DNA of 62,666 nucleotides from Promethearchaeota archaeon (GTDB taxonomy: Archaea > Asgardarchaeota > Lokiarchaeia > Sigyniarchaeales > SOKP01). The translations under genes were made by a program, and so were the position numbers. The stretch covers positions 1 to 62,666 of the forward strand of contig JAUVXW010000027.1 in the NCBI GenBank assembly GCA_030603385.1. The letters run 5' to 3'. The notes under the pieces are model-generated. The model was not told the DNA's origin. It made no database searches and saw only the letters and a program-made list of their open reading frames with translations. Shown piece by piece: positions 55,789 through 62,666 of this stretch; position 1 is the first letter of the stretch; every line of letters begins with the position of its first letter.

Positions 55789-57534
55789 CTATTTCTTATT
55801 TAAATTAGGGTTGAGTTCAAGTTCTAATGCACGCTCATCAGCATCAATTGCTTTCAAGAATTCACCTTTATCTCGATAGATTGATGCAAGATCTCTCCAA
55901 ACATATATATTTTTTGGATCAATTTCAAGAGATTGTAAATACGCTTCAATAGCGTTATTAAATTTTCCTAATTTTTTAAAGTTGTATGCAAGATTGCTAA
56001 ATAGAACAGCCGTATTAGGTTCAATATCAATAGCTTGTCGAATTGCTTCGATAGCTTTGTCGTATTCTCCTTTTTTATGGTATACATCACTTAAGTTACT
56101 CCATATTAATGAATTAGATTCATCAAGATCTAAAAAAGTTTTAAAAGCGTCTTCTGCTTCTTCATATCTTTCTTCTTCTATATAAGCTATGCCAAGATGA
56201 TACCAAGCATATTTATTTTGGGGATAAACTTTCAATGATTCCTTGCATTCTGTTATAGCATCATTAAATTCACCTTTTTCTAGAGACTTTTGCCCAATTT
56301 TATACCATCTTAAGCTTAATAATGAATTTTCAGAAATATCATTTTCATCAAGATCCAGATATTCTAGTCTTCTTAGATTATTAATTGTCTCTGGAATAGA
56401 TTTGATTCGATTACCATATAAATTTACATATCTGAGAGAACTCAAATTACCTACACATTCAGGAAGATGTTTAATAAAAGAGTCAGGTAATTCTAATTCC
56501 TCAAGAAATTTAAGGGTACAAATTTGCTCTGGAAATATCCCAATTTTGGAGCTTTCATTTTTGATATATATACCGATTATATTTCCGTTGTCATTTATTT
56601 TATAATTTAGGGCCGTATTCCATTGAGTAACATCATTACTTTGTTCTACCTTTTCTAATTTCTCACCTAAGAATACTTCTAATAACGCTAATGCTTTGAC
56701 ATCAGAGGATATAACACCTTCATTTAAATATTTCTTGGAATATTGTTTACTTGAAAATTCAAATAACCAATGGGGTGATCTGGTAATTTTATTTCCATTT
56801 AGGTTAAGATATTTAAGATTTGATAAATCTTCTATAGCTCCAGGTAAAGATTTTAACTCTAAATTTGATAAATTCAAATATTGTAATTCTGATAAAAACC
56901 TGATTGATTCTGGAATTTCATTAAATTCCCAACGACTAAGATCTAATGCCCGAATATGATAATCTCTTACAACATAATTGAAATGAGAAGTATTTCTTAA
57001 TATATTTATATCATCTGTTCCGAATTTTTTAAAATAACCAGCTTGAATATCAAGTTCCTTTACGACATTGATTTGAGTAGCTTCTAAATCTATAAAAAAT
57101 TGACATTCTTTAGAACTAATATTATACATATTTTTATATTTTTCAATTAGATAAGTCTTTAAAATTTTAGATATTTCAGTGGTTTGAGTAGTTAAGAATC
57201 CATATAATTGTGTTAAAAATAAGGCAGAAGATTCTCTTTGTATTTGATCTCTTAAGAGAATTTCACAATTTTCTGAAAAATTAATAACGACTATTTTCGC
57301 TATTGTCAATGTTGTTATTGGCTTTTGGCTACTTATCAGAAGACTGGAGATGATATTAAAAATTTCTTTATACTGTATACTTAATTTATTAAAAATCCTT
57401 TTGCAATCAGATATTATATTGTCATTTTCACTCTCTTGTAAAGAGTGAATTATTAATTGAATTCCCTTTTTGATATTGATTTTATTGTTTAGTATCTCGT
57501 TATATATTACTTCCGGAGTCTTCAAATCACTCAA
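55789..57534 (-). CDS. Leucine-rich repeat + TPR protein
   Basis: Two LxxLxLxxN blocks; about five C-terminal TPRs (AWYHLG, IWSNLS, LFSNLA, VWRDLA). Confidence 0.88.
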   Translation of the reverse strand: MSDLKTPEVIYNEILNNKINIKKGIQLIIHSLQESENDNIISDCKRIFNKLSIQYKEIFNIISSLLISSQKPITTLTIAKIVVINFSENCEILLRDQIQRESSALFLTQLYGFLTTQTTEISKILKTYLIEKYKNMYNISSKECQFFIDLEATQINVVKELDIQAGYFKKFGTDDINILRNTSHFNYVVRDYHIRALDLSRWEFNEIPESIRFLSELQYLNLSNLELKSLPGAIEDLSNLKYLNLNGNKITRSPHWLFEFSSKQYSKKYLNEGVISSDVKALALLEVFLGEKLEKVEQSNDVTQWNTALNYKINDNGNIIGIYIKNESSKIGIFPEQICTLKFLEELELPDSFIKHLPECVGNLSSLRYVNLYGNRIKSIPETINNLRRLEYLDLDENDISENSLLSLRWYKIGQKSLEKGEFNDAITECKESLKVYPQNKYAWYHLGIAYIEEERYEEAEDAFKTFLDLDESNSLIWSNLSDVYHKKGEYDKAIEAIRQAIDIEPNTAVLFSNLAYNFKKLGKFNNAIEAYLQSLEIDPKNIYVWRDLASIYRDKGEFLKAIDADERALELELNPNLNKK

Positions 57535-57684
57535 AAAATACTTTCTTTTAAAATTATATAAATCTTATTTAATCTTTAACCATATTTAATAAGTAAATTT
57601 TACTCATTAAAAACAAGATAGTAATATAAAAAATTCATAAATAATTATAATAGAGAAAAACAATAACATTGATACGAGATAGTA

Positions 57685-58470
57685 ATGAATTTAGAAGAGC
57701 GTCAAAAAATACTTGCAAATTATAAACATATTTTCGACAATGAAAAAAAATATTATGGTAAAAATATCACTGGTTCTAGTGGTGACCATGATTTAGAACG
57801 TGAAAGTTTCTTTCGAAAGGCAAATTTAAATTTTAAAAAAATTTTAGGCGATATTAAAAATAAAAAAATATTAGATGTTGGATGTGGAATAGGGTCACTC
57901 TCTTTGTATTTAGCTAAAAGAGGTGCGAATGTTATAGGAATAGACCTCTCTAAAAATCTAATCGAATTTTGCAGGGAGGAAGCCAAAAAAAAAGAAATAT
58001 CAATTGAATTTAAAGAAATGAATGCTCAGATCCCAGATTTTGAAGACGAATCGTTTGATATTATTACAGGTTCTAGAGTAATACATCATTTACCTAATAT
58101 TGAGTTATTTTTTAAAGAATGTAGGAGATTACTAAAACAGAAGGGATATATTGTTTTTATTGAACCACTTAAAAAAAATATAATTGTAGAATTAAATAGA
58201 AAATTCTTTGCTCCTCAAAGAAGAACAAGACATGAACATCCCCTATTTATTTCAAATGTGTTATTAGCAAAATCAGTTTTTGGGAATATTGAACACAGAG
58301 AATACTTTCTTCTATCTCCTCTCGCAATATTTTTTAGAGATTTTGTAAAAAACGCAACACTTTTCAAAGCTCTTTATAAAGTCCTTAATATCATAGAAGC
58401 ACCCTTAACTAGAATAAAAATTTTAAAGCAATATTGCTGGCAAACAGTTTTTAAAAGTATTAAATCCTAA
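57685..58470 (+). CDS. Class I SAM-dependent methyltransferase
   Basis: ILDVGCGIG, GIDLS, SFDII, HHL, LKQKG. Confidence 0.9.
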   Translation: MNLEERQKILANYKHIFDNEKKYYGKNITGSSGDHDLERESFFRKANLNFKKILGDIKNKKILDVGCGIGSLSLYLAKRGANVIGIDLSKNLIEFCREEAKKKEISIEFKEMNAQIPDFEDESFDIITGSRVIHHLPNIELFFKECRRLLKQKGYIVFIEPLKKNIIVELNRKFFAPQRRTRHEHPLFISNVLLAKSVFGNIEHREYFLLSPLAIFFRDFVKNATLFKALYKVLNIIEAPLTRIKILKQYCWQTVFKSIKS

Positions 58471-58940
58471 GATTCTGCTTTCTCTTCCTTGCCTGAAATT
58501 TCATTTATATCTAATCTCAACAGTTCCAAGTTTTCATATGTTTCATCTTTTTTAAAAAGTTTATTTTTAATTGTACTAGGATCATTCTCTAATTGGTTTA
58601 ATAACACATCAAATCCAATTTTTTTTTCATGTAAATCTTCCACAATAATCATTTTACCCCTAAATACTACTGAACGATAAGCTTGAACACAACCATCTTT
58701 ATAACCATTATCTTCAATAACTGTGCCACACACGAAAGGGTTAGATTTTATAAAATCTATTTTTTTTCCTTCTTTAGCACAATGGAAATATAGCGCGTTT
58801 TTAGACTCATCATATCCATAACTTAAAGTTACTAAGTATACTTCATTTTCTTTGCACATTGAGATTACAGTATATTTTCCGCCTTTTAATATCATAGTTA
58901 GGTCACGTTTTTCAGAGATTTCTTTTTCAACTCTTCTCAT
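58467..58940 (-). CDS. Pyridoxamine 5'-phosphate oxidase-like FMN-binding protein (NimA-like)
   Basis: MRRVEKEI, LYFHCAKEGKKID, YRSVVFRG, SGKE. Confidence 0.85.
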   Translation of the reverse strand: MRRVEKEISEKRDLTMILKGGKYTVISMCKENEVYLVTLSYGYDESKNALYFHCAKEGKKIDFIKSNPFVCGTVIEDNGYKDGCVQAYRSVVFRGKMIIVEDLHEKKIGFDVLLNQLENDPSTIKNKLFKKDETYENLELLRLDINEISGKEEKAES

Positions 58941-59057
58941 ATGATATTTAGTTATATTAAACTACCTCAATTTCGATTTTTTTATCTTCTTAATGTAAAC
59001 AACTTATCTTATACAATCATTATTTTTATCTTAATTTAAATATTATATTTATTCAAG

Positions 59058-59909
59058 ATGATATTAGAAGATTGGCATAGCCATAACGAGGGATGCCGCC
59101 ATGCCAAAGGTTCTATAGAGGAATATGTTAGGGCTGCGATAAAATTCAAATTACGGACAATAGGGGTAAGTGATCATTTTCCTTATGAATTTTTAGAAGA
59201 TATTGAAAGAATTCCTTATGAAGAATATGCAATTACATTGCCTGAAATTGAAAGATATTTAACAACCTCAGAAGACTTAAGAGAGAAATATAAGGAAGAT
59301 ATTAATGTCAGGATTGGTTTTGAAATAGATTATTTTAAAAATCAAGAACCTGTATTAAATACCCACTTAACACCCGTTAAAAAAAGATTAGATTTCATCT
59401 TAGGCTCAATCCACATTTTAAACTTTTTTAATGGAAAGGGAGCTTGGGGTTTTGACGATTCCCGATTTAGAAAAGATTATGATTTTTATGGGGTTGATGA
59501 AGTTTACATGTTTTATTACCAGTCTTTACAAAAAATGGTAAATTCAAACAAATTTGATTTCGATATAATCGCTCATTTCGATCTACCAAAAAAGTTCAAT
59601 GATATCCCTACTGATAAGGAAGTAGTTGATAATGAAATGATGAAAACTCTTGAACAAATTAAGAAAAGAGATGTAACAATGGAAATAAACACAGGTGGAT
59701 TAAGAAAAGATTGTAAAGAACAATATCCAAGTGTACAAATTATAAAGGAGATGTATTCTCTTGATATACCTATTTTAATGGGGTCAGATGCTCATAAACC
59801 AGAAGATATTGCTTGGAAATTTGATAAAACAATAAAAATATTGAAAAAAATAGGATATAATAAATTAGCGCATTATAACAGAAGAAAAAGGAATTTTATA
59901 GAAATTTGA
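59058..59909 (+). CDS. Histidinol-phosphatase, PHP (HisJ/HisK) family
   Basis: DWHSH...CRHA, SDH, GFEID, GSIH, AHFDLPK, EINTGG, GSDAH. Confidence 0.88.
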   Translation: MILEDWHSHNEGCRHAKGSIEEYVRAAIKFKLRTIGVSDHFPYEFLEDIERIPYEEYAITLPEIERYLTTSEDLREKYKEDINVRIGFEIDYFKNQEPVLNTHLTPVKKRLDFILGSIHILNFFNGKGAWGFDDSRFRKDYDFYGVDEVYMFYYQSLQKMVNSNKFDFDIIAHFDLPKKFNDIPTDKEVVDNEMMKTLEQIKKRDVTMEINTGGLRKDCKEQYPSVQIIKEMYSLDIPILMGSDAHKPEDIAWKFDKTIKILKKIGYNKLAHYNRRKRNFIEI

Positions 59910-59982
59910 TAACTCAGCAGTTAATTTTAGAAGAAAAATGCCCTATTTTTTAGGGAGGGATAGTAATATAAAGATGGAATGT

Positions 59983-60786
59983 TTATACTTTCCTACTCCG
60001 TATCCAAGATTCTGTTATTAAAGAATTTAATAAGCGGATATGTTTTGAGTCTTTGGTGTGGAAAACTAAATGATTATTTTCGGATCTACCTATAACTGCA
60101 ATGAATAATTCTTCTGCATCTCGAATGACGCCATATCTATCTCTTTGCTCATAATTTTTAATTGAAATATTATCTAATGACTCGAATTCCTGAAGAAGTT
60201 CAGAATGCTCATCGATTCCGGTATTAATTGAGCAGGCGATATTCATAGAAACAGACGATCTAAGCTCATATAGATAGAGTTCCGTTAAATCTTCAATACT
60301 AGGAACAACAATCGTTACATTAGCCATCGCATTATTTTGTAATACTTCTTTCATTTTCTCGAGAATCTCAGATTTAGTGATTTGTACGTTTGTAAAATCA
60401 ACAATTTTTTCTGTAGAACTAGAATTAACTTTTCTCAGTTTCTCATTTTCAAGTTCTAAACTCTCCAATTCTTCATCTGCTTTAGCTAACTCACCATTAA
60501 GTATTTCTAGTTCCTTTTCAAGTTGCTCAATTTTCTCGCTTTTATCTTTTAGAGCACCCCGATCTATTGAAGCAGAATTTAATTTTCTGATTTCATCATC
60601 TTTAAGCTCAATTGTTTTCTCTAGAGTTCTGTCTTTTTCATCTTTAATTTTTAATGAATACTCTAACGTTTTTATTTGCTCATCCTTCCATTTTAATGAG
60701 TTTTCCAGGGTTTCTACTTGTTCATCTTTTAAGCGAAGGAGATTATCTTTTGTCTCTAATAGTTTTTTCCATTCGTAGTCATCCAT
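59983..60786 (-). CDS. Coiled-coil protein (14-aa repeats) with C-terminal PLD-like/TrmB-effector-type domain
   Basis: LxxKDEQxxTLExS repeats; NVTIVVP...RDAEELFIA. Confidence 0.65.
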   Translation of the reverse strand: MDDYEWKKLLETKDNLLRLKDEQVETLENSLKWKDEQIKTLEYSLKIKDEKDRTLEKTIELKDDEIRKLNSASIDRGALKDKSEKIEQLEKELEILNGELAKADEELESLELENEKLRKVNSSSTEKIVDFTNVQITKSEILEKMKEVLQNNAMANVTIVVPSIEDLTELYLYELRSSVSMNIACSINTGIDEHSELLQEFESLDNISIKNYEQRDRYGVIRDAEELFIAVIGRSENNHLVFHTKDSKHIRLLNSLITESWIRSRKV

Positions 60787-60928
60787 ACCAAAATCACAAT
60801 ATTTCTTATTTATAATATTTAGTATAATAAGTAATGTTTAAAAATTTATGATTTCTAAATCTTTTTCATTATTTCTTGTTATAAAACACTCTTTTGCTCG
60901 AAAATTCTCTGGCAACTCTACATTCTCA

Positions 60929-61753
60929 TCAATCATTTAAAAACCTATTATTCATTTTGATAATATCCTCTAAATTAGTTAGATGAAATTTTCCTATATT
61001 GCTGATGGTAATCAAATTTTTAATTATTCTTATTCCCCTGATATTCTCACCTTGCGCGATTGCATTTTTTATCGCATCTTGAAATTCTTTCTCTCCTCGT
61101 TCAGAAACTCTTACTGTTTTTAAATATTTAATAATTTTTTGATTTACTAAATATAAAGGCAAAGAATAGTAGTCGCTTAAAATTTGATGAACTTTAGGTT
61201 TCTCAATGATATCAATTATCTGTAGTCCTTGATTACAATCTAAATCCATTGCCAGATCTGAACTCTCAGCTATTTTAACATTTCCATGCCCCCTTGCTAT
61301 ATTAATATCATTCGATTTCATTAAACTTAAAATCATATCTGCATGTGAATTTTTAAAAAGGTTGTACATTTTCAATAATTCTTCTTTGGTAAAAATAATG
61401 TCGGTAGCTGTAATGAAATAATTATAAATTTCTTCATTACTCTGATTTTGATTAATTCTTTTAATAGCCACCTCTATAGCATTAGCCATTCCCGAGATTT
61501 CTTTTTGTTCTGCAATCAGGATTTCAACATTTTTATTATTAAGGATTTCTTTTATTAATAACTCCTTTTTGTAGCCTACAATAACACAAAATTTATTAAA
61601 TCCAGCTTCTTTAAAATTCGAGATGATTCTGGAAATGATTGTTTTTCCATTAATTTCAATTAATGGTTTAGGGATTTTATTTGAGATTGGTCGTAATCTT
61701 GTAGCAAATCCCGCAGCTAATATAATTACATAAAGATTTGGTTTTAATTCCAT
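60929..61753 (-). CDS. Sugar-phosphate nucleotidyltransferase (RmlA/GlmU-like)
   Basis: IILAAGFATRLRP...PKPLI, EQ..GMANAI, IIEKP, SERGEKEF. Confidence 0.88.
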   Translation of the reverse strand: MELKPNLYVIILAAGFATRLRPISNKIPKPLIEINGKTIISRIISNFKEAGFNKFCVIVGYKKELLIKEILNNKNVEILIAEQKEISGMANAIEVAIKRINQNQSNEEIYNYFITATDIIFTKEELLKMYNLFKNSHADMILSLMKSNDINIARGHGNVKIAESSDLAMDLDCNQGLQIIDIIEKPKVHQILSDYYSLPLYLVNQKIIKYLKTVRVSERGEKEFQDAIKNAIAQGENIRGIRIIKNLITISNIGKFHLTNLEDIIKMNNRFLND

Positions 61754-61849
61754 AGATTGGTATTTTCAATTAATTTTCGTATATATATTCTAAAATTATT
61801 ACTTAATTATTAGGTATATCTTTTTATTTTCATATTCTAATATTCATGC

Positions 61850-62590
61850 ATGGAAGACCAAGATAAAATTATTGAGGAACTAGAATCAGATGTATCTGAA
61901 TTAATCGAAAAAGAGCTTGAATCTGCTGCAGCTATAATTGGTATTAATGTGGGAACTCCAGAGGGCACTAAAATTACAAGTAGGTTTAAAACCCCCATTA
62001 ATATGACAATAGGTGAAGTTACTGCTGCGAATAGTAGTCTGGTATTTTTATCTTCTAAAATGCTTAAAGATACTTTAAATCAGGATGTTGGTTATAATTT
62101 AATTACGGGTAAGGATAAAATTGTCCTTTCTATATTATCGGAAAATATAACTATGATCGCCTATCTCAATCGAGAATTAGCCGAACTTGAAGGATTAGAC
62201 ATGTACATAAATAGATTACAAAAATTGGCACTACAAATTTCAGCAATAATAGAAACTTCTGATATACTAAAAGAAGAAATATTCAAGGGATTAAAAAGAG
62301 CAATTCCTAATACACTTGTACTTGCGATTATTACTAAAGATGGATTGCCTATAAAAATTCAATCAACGATGCCTGAGCCAATCCTATCTGCTATGATTGC
62401 CGCATTATATAATTTATCCGGAGTTTTATTGGAAAGTGGGATGGAATATTCAATAATTGGAGGACAAAATGGTTCTGTTATCATTCATGAATTAGACGAG
62501 AATCGAATTCTTGCACTCGCAGTCCCAGAATCGGATGAGAGGAAACTGGGAAGCTATATTGCTAAAATAAAGGCGATCATTAAAAGTTGA
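61850..62590 (+). CDS. Tandem roadblock/LC7 domain protein
   Basis: Two repeats: GTPEGTKI...TAANSSL and ITKDGLPI...SAMIAAL...IIGGQNGSVII. Confidence 0.8.
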   Translation: MEDQDKIIEELESDVSELIEKELESAAAIIGINVGTPEGTKITSRFKTPINMTIGEVTAANSSLVFLSSKMLKDTLNQDVGYNLITGKDKIVLSILSENITMIAYLNRELAELEGLDMYINRLQKLALQISAIIETSDILKEEIFKGLKRAIPNTLVLAIITKDGLPIKIQSTMPEPILSAMIAALYNLSGVLLESGMEYSIIGGQNGSVIIHELDENRILALAVPESDERKLGSYIAKIKAIIKS

Positions 62591-62666
62591 GAATTTATAT
62601 AGGGTTCCAAAAGACCAAATTGATAGTGAACTTATATAAATGAAAAAGTGCGACAAGAAGTTTTAC

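Noticed and set aside
1-62666. CRISPR arrays, tRNA/rRNA genes, transposases, integrases
   Set aside because: No repeat-spacer periodicity, cloverleaf, rRNA-like GC-rich tract or recombinase/transposase motif seen by eye; tRNAscan-SE and Infernal would be needed to be certain.

Overview
AT-rich (roughly 30% GC by eye) archaeal chromosome segment. Gene content points to an Asgard archaeon, most likely Lokiarchaeia/Promethearchaeia: Rab-like and MglA-like GTPases, a tandem roadblock protein, longin/uDENN-like proteins, a gelsolin-domain protein, Loki-CTERM-like surface proteins, HdrABC/MvhD and TBP. There are about 55 protein genes, mostly metabolic or housekeeping. I saw no tRNA, rRNA, CRISPR array or transposase. 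The main finding is a zinc-ribbon + LURP-one/scramblase-like gene (17129-17884) broken by a 30-nt, stop-containing, in-frame insert (17369-17398). The insert folds into an archaeal bulge-helix-bulge (BHB) splice motif, and the canonical cut sites restore the reading frame exactly, so it is a candidate tRNA-endonuclease-type mRNA intron. Other highlights: a ~150-nt structured ncRNA candidate and a second divergent structured element in the 31.2-32.0 kb gap; tandem vWA + RING-like paralogs; a structured leader on an NPRL2-like longin gene; a decaying 47-54 kb region in which di-myo-inositol-phosphate genes flank a TBP whose probable start is ATA; and an FG-GAP surface gene split at an A9 slippery site. 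All calls come from reading motifs by eye; no database searches were run.
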